Shown here: piece by piece, positions 1 through 12,071 of the stretch
Position numbering within the stretch: position 1 is the first letter of the stretch
How the letters are laid out: each line of letters opens with the position of its first letter
From: Octopus vulgaris
Taxonomy: Eukaryota
Assembly: GCA_951406725.2 (NCBI GenBank)
Contig: OX597829.1
Location: 56,730,001 to 56,794,000, forward strand
Direction of reading: 5' to 3'
DNA: 64,000 nt
Notes under the pieces: model-generated
What the model was told of the DNA's origin: nothing
The model's input: the letters and a program-made list of their open reading frames with translations, nothing else
The model's database searches: none
Program-made: the position numbers and the translations under genes

Positions 1-62
1 GGCAACACTGATGATGGTCAAAACGTTAATAGTTTAAGAACTCGAACTATTCCTGTTCAAAA
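1..62 (+). CDS. CDAN1: Possible upstream CDAN1 exon, 5'-truncated by the window edge (GNTDDGQNVNSLRTRTIPVQ+aa)
   Basis: Frame 1 is open and a GT at 63 (GTATCT) gives phase 2, matching the exon at 2437. The donor is weak and similarity to codanin-1 is not convincing by eye. Confidence 0.3.
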
Positions 63-223
63 GTATCTTCTATATTGGCTTTACATTGTCTTCTTTTCTG
101 TTTGGTTAGCTGTATTGATTAAAGCTATAGGATTAGCAATTATTGATTTGCATTCTTTATTCTTAAAAGTAAATTAGGAAGCAAAGCTGTTTTGCTGTTT
201 TAAATGGAAAATACAGTGATTAA

Positions 224-443
224 CTTTTAGCATTTGATCTGGTCATATCTAGCCCAAATATTCTACCTGTTTTTGTGTTGAGACCGGCCAGATCTGGTAT
301 CTAACACCTACCATACAATGTTATTCTAGAAACATCCAATCCCATCACTGAAATCTTGAAGCTACAAGATAATGCATGATTAAATCTAATCAATATGAAT
401 AAATAAGCATTACATTTGATGTAGAAATCTGAATGTTAAAGAG
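224..443. mobile_element. Second TTAA-flanked MITE family; other copies at about 1700-1858 (inverted, partial) and 24062-24250
   Basis: TTAA|C(C)TTT(T)AGCATT ... AATGYTAAAGRG|TTAA with a shared aagctacaagataatgcatga core. Confidence 0.7.
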
Positions 444-2436
444 TTAATGAGGAGGGCGGTGAGCTGGCAGAATCGTTAGCATGCCGGACGAAATGCTTAG
501 CGGTATTTCGTCTGCTGTTACGTTCTGAGTTCAAATGCTGCCCAGGTCAACTTTACCTTTCATCTTTTCAGGGTCGATTAAATTAGGACCAGTTACAGAC
601 TGGGGTCAATGTAATCGACTTAATCTCCCTTTGTCTGTCCTTGTTTGTCCCCTCTATGTTTAGCCCTTTGTAAGCAATGAAGAGATAACGAGGCATAAGA
701 CAGGAAAACTCTTTAGTTTACCGAATGAAATGGAATGTGCAGATGACATGTGCAGTTAACAGACACAAGAACAAAAACGATGTTCTTCTTGTTTCTTTCT
801 GCAGCTTATATTAGTATATCGTAGTTCAGTTTCATTGCAACATTAGCAATATATGAGGAAATTATTTGGGAAAGAAGAAAAAAGTCATTCATCCATGCAT
901 ATTTGCTGCAGGTTCACTGAACAGCGACTCAACAGTTTATTTGAACTTTATTGATGCAGGCTGTAAAAACCTGTCTGTTGTTAAGTCAATGTTTTTGAAA
1001 AAATTTATTTTAATTAAGACATATTCTTTCATTAGTATTGGCATTGTGTATATGCATGTGCTTGCGTGCATGTGTGTGTATGTGTGTGTTATCTATTTAC
1101 AGTATGGATTTCTGTTCAGATTAAAACAAGAAAGTTTGTTATCAATGTCGATTTTATTTACTGATTACTTTATACCAATTATCTTGAGCGAATACAAGTC
1201 CCGTGGAGTCTTCCTTCCGTACTGAATGGTATAAAAGACATATTGCAAAATGTAATCATTGTATTTACATTTAAATGCCTTCATTTCTGGATACTTTCTG
1301 TCTTTCAATAGAAAAGTTCATGGTGACAATTCATCATCATCATCATCATCATTTAGCGTCCGTTTTGCATGCTAGCATGGGTTGGACAGTTCTACTGGGG
1401 TCTGTGAAGCCAGAAGGCTTCATCAAGCCCAGTCAAATCTGGCAGTGTTTCTACGGCTGGATGCCCTTCCTAACGCCAAACATTATAATTCATTATAATA
1501 ATTACAGTATTTCAGAAACAGAAGTATTTCTGTATTATTTATTGATACAATATAATTCATAATTTTTTAGCAAACAGGAGTTTTGTGGAATTATTGTCGT
1601 CAGTCTTGAGTACCTGTGTGCTGAAAGTTTTAAAAGCTAGAACGTAAATGCTTAAACCCTGTCAAGTGCAATGCTTGTTGATCCACGTTAGTTTCAGTTA
1701 ATCCTGCATTACCTTGTAGCTTTGAGATTTCAATGACAGGATTGTTTATTTTTAGAATAACATTATCGGCTAAGTGTGAGAGGCCAGATCTGTTTATTTT
1801 GAACATAAAATAGAGTATTTGTACCAGATATGGCTGGTTTGAATTTTAAAGGGTTAAACAGATTACTAAAATAATACTCCAAAGTGTGTCCCTCCAAAGC
1901 CACAACACACCGATGAAGAGCATTGACTACAACACTACCTGTAGGAGATAGAATTACAAGTTGTTTATCAAGCACTGCATTTACATGCAAAGTGACCGAT
2001 AAGATATCAAAAGATACCTTTCTGTAACATGTGGCCTACAAACTTTTGGGGTTTTCACATTGTAAATGGATTTTCTCATCCTTTATTGAGAACAACTCTA
2101 CTAAGTTAGCTGCCATTTCACAACTAAGATGGTTTTGTATGTAGCACTCATGTAAATAAACTAATACATTTGGTTCCCAATTTGCTTCCAACTCTACACA
2201 ATCTTAGAAAACATACCAAACACCCTTTCTCAACCCACATGTATACTTTGCTACTGGATGCACCCAAACCTAAAATGTTCTTTCCCCTGTCTTCAAACAG
2301 TATGTGCATGAGCTAGTTTCTGTTTTCACCATATTATTCAATTGTCTCTACACAGGAAGGTGCAAGTCTTTCATCATCAATATGTTATATTATTCTGAAA
2401 TATATTTTCTTAATTGCTGCATTGTTATTTTAACAG

Positions 2437-2579
2437 TTATGTGGAGAGTAACGGCAGGAAGGTGATCCAGGTGCTTTTGGTGGATTATAACGAAACTGTG
2501 AAGCTGTTCTCACTTAAAATTATTGTTCGCCTGGCTGAAGAAGGCATTCACCAATGGATAGCTGCTAATATTACAAAAG
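2437..2579 (+). CDS. CDAN1: Codanin-1 homolog exon (YVESNGRKVIQVLLVDYNETVKLFSLKIIVRLAEEGIHQWIAANITK)
   Basis: Acceptor tttaacAG, donor GTattc, phases 2/1. Resembles the recalled human codanin-1 segment ..[39 protein letters not shown].. Confidence 0.85.
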
Positions 2580-2599
2580 GTATTCTTCATACCTTTACA

Positions 2600-3030
2600 T
2601 TTAATTACACTCTTGTTACCTGTTCAAATATACTTGAGGCATATTCGAACCCATAAGAAAACCATTCGCTGTGTCTTGTCTTGGAGAAAATTCCTCACTC
2701 TAGACAGATAGGTGTGGACTGAATCACTTGACACCGCCATATGTACAGCAAGCTGCTGAATAGTGCAACCAGTCGTTGAACAGTGACGGGAATATTGTAA
2801 AAGGGACCAGTTTCCAGCGCCCATCTTTCCAATCTCTGTGGCCGAAGGGGAGATAACCACTCTGAAATGCAAACGTCCCACAGAGGGTGCTATGAGTTGG
2901 CTCAGTCTATTTACACCTATTTGTCTACAACAAGAAATTTTCTCCATCACAAAAAACAGCAGTGAATATCTCACGAGTTTGAATATACCTCAAACAAGTT
3001 TGTATTTATACTCATCACTGCTTAGCATTG
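2600..3030 (-). mobile_element. Old mariner N-terminal fragment in a CDAN1 intron
   Basis: TIQQLAVHMAVSSDSVHT resembles the second mariner HTH (compare TIRQIAHKVKISTGSVET at 25.7 kb). Confidence 0.5.
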
Positions 3031-3495
3031 TCACCCCGTATATTTTATTTACATTTAAATCATCATCATCAATACCCAGTTTTTCTCTAAAATCACTTAG
3101 TTTCAATGTTTTCCTAAATTGTAACTCTAAAAAGGCAGTGACAAGCGTACACTCTCACCTTATTAATTTGAAAGAATTACAAATGCCGTCTTGTTGTCTG
3201 TTTCAACTGCTATACAATGTTCTTATGAGAAACACATAAGCTCAGCTTAGTCAGCTTTCATTTGGGACTCAGGTAAGAATGGATGACTGTTATAAATAGT
3301 GAGGTGTACAACTGACAAGAATTTTATCATTTTACAATGCAGGGCTTAAAGAGATGGATACTCTGAGAATTATTTCCTAAGTTATGTCACAAAAACAGAA
3401 CCCCAATGATTTATCATGGAATTAATTATACGAAGGCTCAATCTAAAATCTATTCGGTTTTTTGTCATATGCTTTTTTTGGTTTTTTCCCCCCAG

Positions 3496-3632
3496 CTTTC
3501 TTTATTGGTGAAATGAGACAGGAAAGAAATAAACTTTTGAAAAATACTAAAGTAGTCGTGGAAAAGTTACCTTTACCTGATACACATGATTCTTTCTGTC
3601 GGCAGCCATCGGAAATTCTTGTAGAATTGAAG
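3496..3632 (+). CDS. CDAN1: Codanin-1 homolog exon (AFFIGEMRQERNKLLKN...HDSFCRQPSEILVELK)
   Basis: Polypyrimidine tract with cccAG, donor GTtggt, phases 1/0. Matches the recalled ..HHAPLPSHLISEIK.. segment. Confidence 0.85.
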
Positions 3633-4671
3633 GTTGGTGACACATCCATTTATCTTTTCATTGTTTATAACTTGTTAATATTTGTTACTATACTGGTGCA
3701 TGCATATGAACACAAGAAAATGTGTAGTCATTAAGGCATGGTTTTTAGGGTTAACTTTCATTTATGGCAGAATAAAAATTTTTTTTCCACTTTATACCAG
3801 TCATTATTTACAACACTTACCATTGTCTTAATGTTTATTTTCATGCTAACATTTACTTTATGTGCCTACCATGCAACATTATGTTTTATAACAATTCTTT
3901 GTTATAGCAATCTGTAAGATCCAGTATCCTGAGATCTGACTGTACCACTTATCTCACAAGTTATTCACAACCCAATATTTAACGTTCTATTGTGTAAACT
4001 TGTGTGCTTTGAGATCCATTGTTCCAAAAAATAATTATTTCATATTCTCTTGAAAGTTTATAAATTTTTATGACATCAACAAAAAAATCTATATGTATTG
4101 ATCATCATTTAACAGGTGTTTTCCATGCTGGCATCAGTTGGATGGCTTGACCAGAGCCGACAAGCTGGAGAGCTTTACCAGGCTCCAGCCTGATTTAGCT
4201 TGGTTTCTATGAGTGGGTGCCCTTTCTAATGCCAACTACTTTGTAGAGTTGACTGCCACATGTGCTATTTATGTGAATTGACACCTATATATAGATAGAC
4301 AGGCAGGTAGGCATAAGAAAATGAAATGACAAAGGGAAAACAATGGTTACGGTTATGAACTTCATTAGCTTACAGCCGTTTTTGCAATAAGATGGAGGGG
4401 ACTCATAGTTGAATTGCTGAACAACATCCTATAGCTTCATCAGAGTCTTGAATATGAAGTGTACTTTATTTGGGAATATTAATTATATTTGTGCTACATA
4501 TAGAGAAGGAAAAGGGATTGTGTGTGTGTATATATATATCATCATCATCATCATTTAGCCCGCTTTCCATGCTAGCATGGGTTGGACGGTTCAACTGGGG
4601 TCTGTAAAGCCAGACGGCTGCATATATATATATATATATATATCTTTCTTTTGTTATCTTACCGTTTTTAC

Positions 4672-4714
<43 letters not shown>

Positions 4715-4715
4715 T

Positions 4716-5447
4716 AAGAAAAGTATTCAGCCAAAAATAAGCCACTGTACTTGGCTTTTGCCAACATGGAGAAAGCCTTTGACAGGGTACCCCACTCCTT
4801 TATCTGGTGGTCAATGTGGAAGTGAGGGATAGGTGAGTGGTTAGTGAAAGCTGTACATGCCATGCTGCTAGTAAGGTGAAGGTTGGCAACGAGTATAACA
4901 ATGAATTCAGTGTACAGGTTGGAGTTTATCAAGGATCAGTTCTTAGTCCTCCAGGCCTTAACAGAGGAATTCAAGACTGGTTGTCCCTGAGAGTTCTTCT
5001 ACACTGATGACCTTATTCTTATAGCTGAATCACAAGAGATGAAATTTCAGGTGTGAAAACAAGGCCTGGAATGTAAGGGCTTCAGAGTTGATTTAGCAAA
5101 AGCCAAAGTCTTAGTAAGTAGGAAAACAGACAAATCACAAGTCCATTCAAGGAGATGGCCCTTCTTGATATGTAAAATGGCTGTTGGTAAAAACTCCATA
5201 TGTTGTACCAAGTGCAAGCTTTGGACATGTATGAGGTGTAGCAGTATCACAGGAAGGTTAACGAAGAATATAGTCTTCACGTGTGGCAAATGTGCAGGTA
5301 CAATAAGCATTAACACTACACAGACAATAGGCTCGCTCAAATGCTTGTGGGGGATCATTAGAAGTAGTGGACAGCTTCTGTTAACAAGGTGACCAAGTTA
5401 GCAGCGGAGGAGGAGGAATTTCTGAAAGAGTGGTTGCTAGGATAAGT
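4716..5447 (+). mobile_element. Decayed RTE-clade LINE reverse transcriptase fragment
   Basis: EKYSAKNKPLYLAFANMEKAFDRVP, GVYQGSVLSP and LLYTDDL motifs, with a downstream Cys-rich CTKCKLW..CGKC segment. Contains frameshifts. Confidence 0.8.
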
Positions 5448-5564
5448 TGCTGTATGTTCAGCATATTAAACTGGCTCACACAGCATGATTTTGAATGCAG
5501 TGTGAACAATATTGATTATGATGGATTTCTATTTTTCATTATGCTTTAAAAATTAAAATTACAG

Positions 5565-5663
5565 GACTTCCTCCGTGATATATTGTTAGAAGAGTCAAAG
5601 CCAAATCTCGAAAAAATAACAACAACCCTACATGAAGCTCAGAAAATGATATTAAGTCGACAG
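5565..5663 (+). CDS. CDAN1: Codanin-1 homolog exon (DFLRDILLEESKPNLEKITTTLHEAQKMILSRQ)
   Basis: tacAG / GTtagt, 99 nt, phases 0/0. Aligns with the recalled DVLSL...LEQLLGQLGQTLRCRQ. Confidence 0.85.
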
Positions 5664-6032
5664 GTTAGTAAAATTCTTATAATTCAAAGCATTTTCATAA
5701 TTATAACTAAACTTATCCAAAAGAAAAAATTCTTTCCCCATATTTTGTGGTGGGCAATTTTTTATTAAGAATAGAGTAAAATATCTGTAAATGTAAAATT
5801 TATTATTTTTGTTATTTGCATCCATTTTTTTAATTTTAATTCCTTACTACATGGGTTTGGGTTCAGTCCCGCTTCATGGCACTTTGGGTGAATGCCTTTT
5901 ACTTTCAGTCTGGGTCAACCAAAGCCTTCTGAGTGGATTTGATAGACAGAAACTGAAAGAAGCCACGGTGTGTGTGTGTGCATTTGGGTCTTGTCTTGAT
6001 ATTGTTTGATTGTTGTAATTGAATGTCATTAA

Positions 6033-6252
6033 CCCTTTCATTACCAACCCGGCCAAAACCGGCTCTGGCTCTGAGTACAAATGTCTTGTTTTCATAAGTT
6101 TTGTATCAAAATGTACCACCAAACCTTAATCGCAATTTATATTCCTAATACTAGCTTAATGATAACTAAGTTATTTTACTAAATTCTTTGTTATATTTAA
6201 AATAATTGAAAGAAACACAGAGCATCTCAAAATAAATACAGTAACGAAAGGG
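6033..6252. mobile_element. TTAA-flanked MITE (piggyBac-type ends) nested in a SINE; a reverse-oriented relative lies at 37598-37825
   Basis: TTAA|CCCTTTCATTAC ... GTAACGAAAGGG|TTAA. Confidence 0.75.
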
Positions 6253-6668
6253 TTAATTTCCAATAGTCTGCAAAACTATGTTTGGCCATAGGGGGAAATA
6301 TTGCCTTGCATGGAAATACATGAGGGTAGTGAGAGGAAGGACATTCGATCTTAGAAATTCTACCTCAATAAATTCTGGCTGAACTATGCAAGCAGGGAAA
6401 AGTGGAGGTTGAAATGATGATGGACGACAATGAGATAGAAAGGAAACGACTTGGGTTAAAATGAATTTTATATGTCATCCATGTTTACCCGTCACCTGCC
6501 CACTTTAACCATTTCCTGACTATTTTTCCAATGAATAGATTGCATATATATATAGGTATAGGTATAGTGATGCAAACAAGAAAAATAGAACTCAAAATAT
6601 GAGTATATGTATGTGTGTGTGTATGTGTATATATGTGTGTGTGTGTGTATATATATATATGTATGTGT

Positions 6669-6702
<34 letters not shown>

Positions 6703-6869
6703 GTATATATATGTATATATATGTATGTATGTATATATATATGTATATATATATATATATATGTATATATAACGGGAAGCTTTATGAAAATAGACAAAAG
6801 ATGAAGGCAGGTGGAAAACAAACGAACAATTGTATTAGTATGGCGCTCAGGAAATATAAATAAAACAAG

Positions 6870-6907
6870 TCTTTAACGTTTCGAGCCTACGCTCTTCAAC
6901 AGAAAGA
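6870..6907 (-). ncRNA. Minimal type-I hammerhead ribozyme-like motif with a variant core
   Basis: Minus strand reads UCUUU-CUGUUGA-A-GAGC(GUAG)GCUC-GAAA-CG-UU-AAAGA: 5-bp stem I, 4-bp stem II and a palindromic ACGU stem III. Confidence 0.7.
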
Positions 6908-7079
6908 TACACAGAGAGAAAAAAACACAGAAAGAAGGAGAGAAAAAAATGCATGCAGTAGCTAACGAATCAACATGGCGATCTGATTTCGGCCAGAAGT
7001 CAAAGATCAAACATGAGACGCGAGAGCGAAATAAGGGGAGATAATAGGGTTGATAATAGGGTAGAAGGACCAGCTAATA

Positions 7080-7390
7080 GTGCGTAGGAGGGGTCTGGAC
7101 GTGTGTATGTATAGGGTTGGTGTATGTATTAGTATGTATAAGGGTGTGTGTGTGTGTATGAGAGAGTATTAGTGCGTATGAGAGGTCTGGACATGCGTAT
7201 GTATGGGGTTGGTGTATGTATTAGTATGTATTAGTATGTATTAGTACGTATTAGTATGTGTAAGTGTGTGTGTGTGTGTATGAGAGAGTATAAGTGCGTA
7301 TGAGGGGTCTGGACGTGTGTATGTATAGGGTTGGTGTATGTATTAGTATGTATTAGTATGTATTAGTTGGTGTATGTATTAGTATGGCAC
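7080..7390. repeat. Three imperfect tandem units of about 90-120 bp within the Penelope 3' region
   Basis: gtgcgtatgagRggtctggacRtgYgtatgtatRgggttggtgtatgtattagtatg recurs at about 7080, 7172 and 7294. Confidence 0.8.
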
Positions 7391-8222
7391 ATCATATATG
7401 ATGTGATGTGTAAAGTCGTGTGGTGTAGTGAGGAGAAGAGGGGGAGAGAGAGGAGGGGGAGAAGGAAGGGAAGGAGGAAAGAGGGAGAGGGGGAGAGAGA
7501 GAGAGAAGGGGAGAGAGGGAGTGAGGGAGCAGAGGGAAGGAGGGAGGGAGAAAGAGGGAAGAAGGGAAGGGGAGTAGGGGTGAAAGGATGAAGGACTGAA
7601 GAAGTAGGGGTCGGGGGGAAAGGATAGGTGGGGAGGGGGGTTAGATGAGGAGGGGGAGAGTTGAGACCAAATGGCGTATAAGAGCGAAGAGAGAAGATTA
7701 ATTCCTGTTCACGGCGCAAACGGGAATCCGGATGGCCTCTGTGTAAGGACAAACCGAACACAGATAGGTGTTGCAAGGAGTGACCGGTGGAGCGGAAATG
7801 GCGTGAGACCGGTGTGTCGTTCGCAAGCAGGATGTCACGAAGGTGTTCCGCGAACCGGTCAGCCAAGCGGCGTCCCGTTTGTCCGATGTACAAGGAATTG
7901 CAGAGAGAGCAAGAGATGCAATAGATAATATTGCTGGAGGTGCAGGTGAAGGAGTGGATGATGGGATAGGGTCGATGGTGGGTGCTAGTGAGGCGGGTGG
8001 TATTGGAGAGGTAAGGGCAAGTGCGGCAACGTGGGCGGGAGCAGGGGAACGAGCCGGGTTGGGAGGTAGGGTCAGGGAAGGAGCTATGGACCAAAAGGTC
8101 TCGAAGGTTGTGGGCTCGTTTGAAAGAGGGGAGGGGTCGGTTAGGGAAGAGGTGTGAAGTGGACAGGTCGGACTGGAGATGACGGAAAGCTCAAAGAATG
8201 GTGCGTTGGAGACGGGTCGTGG

Positions 8223-8264
<42 letters not shown>

Positions 8265-8274
8265 TATATAAATT

Positions 8275-8510
8275 TCAGTCTAATCAACATTTTGGAGAGG
8301 GTTAATAAATATATTGAATCCAAACAAACAAGAAAAAACAATAACATGAGGATGTGGTTCAAGTACTGTATTATCAAACGCTCAGGAAAAGAAGGAAAGA
8401 GGATTGAACATTTCGAGCCTTGCTCTTCTTCAGAAATAGAAGAAAGTCCAAAAGAAGGGAAGATGGAGGAAGAAAATCACCAACAATACACATACGGTTA
8501 CATTTTGAAA
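8275..8510 (-). mobile_element. Related short Penelope-type terminal repeat with a hammerhead core (8404-8436)
   Basis: Minus strand reads CUGAAGA-A-GAGC(AAG)GCUC-GAAAUGUUC. Shares gtatt..cgctcagg context with 6830-6850. Confidence 0.55.
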
Positions 8511-10320
8511 ATAATATATATTGGTACACAATAGTAGTTTGATCAAGTAAAATATCCTGTTAAAATTTACGTTATAAAAGGATTTGATAGAGATTTTGAT
8601 TTAAATCAGAGCATTTCATGTGGTTCGTCTCAGGCAGATTGGTATCAAAAAGGTGAATGTCCATTTTCCCATGCAGATATAGGTTGGAGATTCTGCTAAT
8701 CAGTGTATTACTTATTCACTTAATCCTTCATAATCTCATGTCTTGTTGGTTGTTAGTTACTTATATCGTAAGTCAATTGTAAGATATTGAAGAAAATCTA
8801 AGAGTTCAAAGTAATAAGTATTGAATTTCATTCATCATCATCATCGTTGACTGCCATGACACTGCATCCTTTAAGGCCCTCATGCTTCCCGAAATCCGTC
8901 GAAACTACACCTGATTATATATACACTTTAGATGAGTTGTAGTGCACCTGAGCACTGTACACAATTATTATTATTATTATTATCATTATCATCATTTAAT
9001 GTTTGTTTTCCATGTTGTCCTGGGTTGGACGGTTTAGCAGGAGCTGGCAAGCCAGAGAGCTGTATCAAGCTCCAAATGTCTGTTTTGACTTGATTTCTAC
9101 AGCTGGATGCCTTTCTGAATGCCAACCACTTTACAGGGTGTACGACATGTTTTTTTTTTTGTTTTTTTTTTTTACGTGGCACAATTACCAGTGATTATAA
9201 TATGGAACCAGCACAGGTTGATAATATTAAAGCAAGTAGGATGGAAACATGATACACTGTCGACTTATGTGATTTGGGTGAGAAAATAATTGATTGTGAC
9301 GTTAATAGAGGGTCTTATAAGAGGGAATTGGAAAATATCTGTGGTAGTAGTAAAGCAATTAAGACTCGAGAAAAATAGATGAAATGAGGAAACGAGATGG
9401 CACAGCATCAAGATGAAATAAGAGAAAAAAATTTAGAAAAATAATAATGATGACTTTAACAACAACAACAACAATCTCGTTTTACCCTCTACCTAGGCTC
9501 CAGAATGAAAAAGTAAATAGTTGCATATAGAGTTTGGTTGCAGGCGGATTAATGGGCAGAATTCTCTGCATCTTCTTTTTCTATGTGTTCTTCATTATTG
9601 CTTGACTGGGAATCCAACAGAGATGCCATTTAACTTATTCTTGCTATAACAGGAACACAGTGTGTGTCGGGGTTAAGATTACTTGGATGCTAACCTAGAT
9701 AATGACTAAGATCGTAATGTTTCTGTTTTTAATTAGTAAATATTGTTTTCAAAAACTACTAAAGAATATCCCCCTCTGCCACCACCACCACCCTTAATTT
9801 AATATTGGTTTCAAATTTTGGCACAAGGCCAGCAGATTCTGAAGCAGTGGCTAATTTAGTTATATTGACCCCAGTACTCAACTGGTACTTATTTTATCAA
9901 CCCTGAAAGGACGAAAGGCAAAGATGACCTCAGAACTTGAAGATGGATGAAATGCTGCCAAGCATTTTGCCTGGTATGCTAACCATTCTGCCACCTTGCT
10001 ATTCTTCATCATCATTATCATCGTTTAACGTCTGCTTTCCATGCTGGCACAAGTTGGACAGTTTGATTTAGAACTGGCAAGCTAGGGAGCTGCACCAAGC
10101 TCCAGTCTGATCTGGCAGTGTTTCTACAGCTGGATGCCCTCCCTGACACCAACCATTCTGAGAGTGTAGTGGGTGCTTTTTATGTGCCACCAGCACAGGA
10201 GCCAGTCAGGTGGCACTGGCAATGACCACACTCGAATGGTGCTTTTTACATGCTAAAATTCAAATATATATTTGCTGTGTAGCAGTTATTGATATTATTG
10301 TAATGAATTCTTTATTTCAG

Positions 10321-10384
10321 GACATAACTGTTGGTGTTGTGAAAACCTTAAAAGACATAACATTGTATTTGGCCATTGAACTCA
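10321..10384 (+). CDS. CDAN1: Codanin-1 homolog exon (DITVGVVKTLKDITLYLAIEL)
   Basis: ttctttatttcAG / GTaagt, 64 nt, phases 0/1. Confidence 0.85.
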
Positions 10385-11928
10385 GTAAGTATTCAGTCCT
10401 AGTTTTTGTAATTAATTACAACTCTTTTTCAACATCATTTTCTGGCATTATGAAGTCATTGAATTATTTACCTCTGTAAAGTTGCATGGATAAAATTAAT
10501 TTTGATAACCCTGTCGTGTGTGCATGTGTCTTTTTTTGTTTAAGTTTAGCATGTTTATAATATTTCATCTGCAAAAAAAAAAATTTTAATTAAAATAAAA
10601 TGTATTTTGTTAATATATTTTTAATAATAAACTAAAATGTCTGGCAACTAAGAGAATCTTAAATGTAGCATTTATAAAATCCTAAAATAATTCTCAATTT
10701 AAACAAGGTATAAAAAATGTCTATCCATAATAAAGTGTTTTGTTTGATTGATCTATTTCCAATGGTTTGTCATTTGCTCATTCACTGATTGGGTTGAAAT
10801 AGAACTATGAAACAAACAAAAAAGCAACAACACACAATTGCTTATCCAATCCTTCCGTTTACATACGTAAGCTGTCCACTTCGACAAGTACTGTTACTAT
10901 TCCCTCTTCTCACGATTATTCAGGTGCAGCAACCAATTTGAAAATTTATAATAGCATATCTATGAGAAATTATTATAAAACATTATTTTTTAGTCATCAA
11001 TAATTCCTGCACACACCCCTGCTTCTGCCTCCACCCCAACCCCATTTTATCTTTTAAAAATAATAAAATTCTTGCATCTTGTGATGCTTGGACTCTTCAT
11101 TTTACTCTCCAGTTTGGAATTTTTAAAAATAACTTCTGTCTAGAAGTTTCTGTGTAACAACCAAATAGAGAAAGAACTTAATCAGTCTATTACAATATGC
11201 ACTTCTTGCATATACATTATTTCACTGATTGCAAATGTCCTAATTGGTGGTTGTGTTCAACTCTCTCCAAGAAGAGACATATGGTGACCATATGGAACTC
11301 AGTGCAAAGCAATACGCTTGAAAGCAGTTCGTTCTCCGCCAGTCATAAATTGTCGAAAATTTGGGGTTTTATATGTAATTTTTATTCTACAGCAATTTTA
11401 AATATGCAGTTGTGTGGTCAAGAAGCTTTCAACGCAACCACATGGGCAAGAGGCTTCTACTGTGGTGCTTGGTTGACCAAAGCATTGCAAATGGATTTGG
11501 TAAATGGAAACTGAAAGAAGCTCATCATGCATGTGTCTGTTTCTTGTTTGGACAGTGAGTGATAATTGTAAAACGAGTGTCACTATCAAAGAAGCAGTCT
11601 CATCCATTTCCTATATTTTGTTAGAATATATCCGGCCCTGAGGAAGTATTTTCTTGCTCAGAAACAGATGAGGGTTAGTGACACGATAATCTGCCTCAAT
11701 AAGCTCCATCCAAGTTTTGCAAGTATTGAAAAGTAGATGTTAGATGATGGTGGCAGTGGTGGCAGTGGTGGCCGCAGTGGTGATGTTTTTTATTGTTTTT
11801 TGTTTTTTTCAGTATAGGAATACATCTCAAATGTATAAACACTTTCACTTGATAAATTAATTTGTGATATTCATTTGTTATTACTATTTTGGTTACTATT
11901 ATATATATATGTTTGTGTATATTTGTAG

Positions 11929-12071
11929 TTATTAACTATCCTGTAGACTGGGGTGAAGTAAAGAAACTGTTCTTCGATTTTTGGAACAATCACCTTCGAG
12001 ATAAGAATTCAGAGTTTGCACTTGATTATGGTAAATTAGAAAGGTTGTTGTACAAATCTCCTAAAAAACAG
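11929..12071 (+). CDS. CDAN1: Codanin-1 homolog exon (IINYPVDWGEVKKLFFDFWNNHLRDK...LLYKSPKKQ)
   Basis: tttgtAG / GTaact, 143 nt, phases 1/0, open frame continuing the previous exon. Confidence 0.8.

Larger units (their letters stand above)
6771..8222 (-). mobile_element. 5'-truncated Penelope-like retroelement (Neptune-type): Cys-rich linker, GIY-YIG endonuclease, 3' region and hammerhead-bearing terminus
   Basis: ORF 8094-7363 contains CSRPRCRTC, TCTSSNIIYCISCSLCNSLYIGQTGRRLADRFAEH and REQELIFSLRSYTPFGLN. The element is flanked by (TA)n/(TATG)n tracts. Confidence 0.88.

Noticed and set aside
63-177. Hydrophobic, transmembrane-looking continuation of frame 1
   Set aside because: Codanin-1 is not a membrane protein, T-rich intron sequence translates as hydrophobic residues, and the donor at 169 has the wrong phase for the 2437 exon.
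804-1228. Exon-like segments after ttctgcAG (803) and tttacAG (1102)
   Set aside because: Stops occur in the frames needed to join the 2437 exon, and there is no recognisable codanin-1 similarity.
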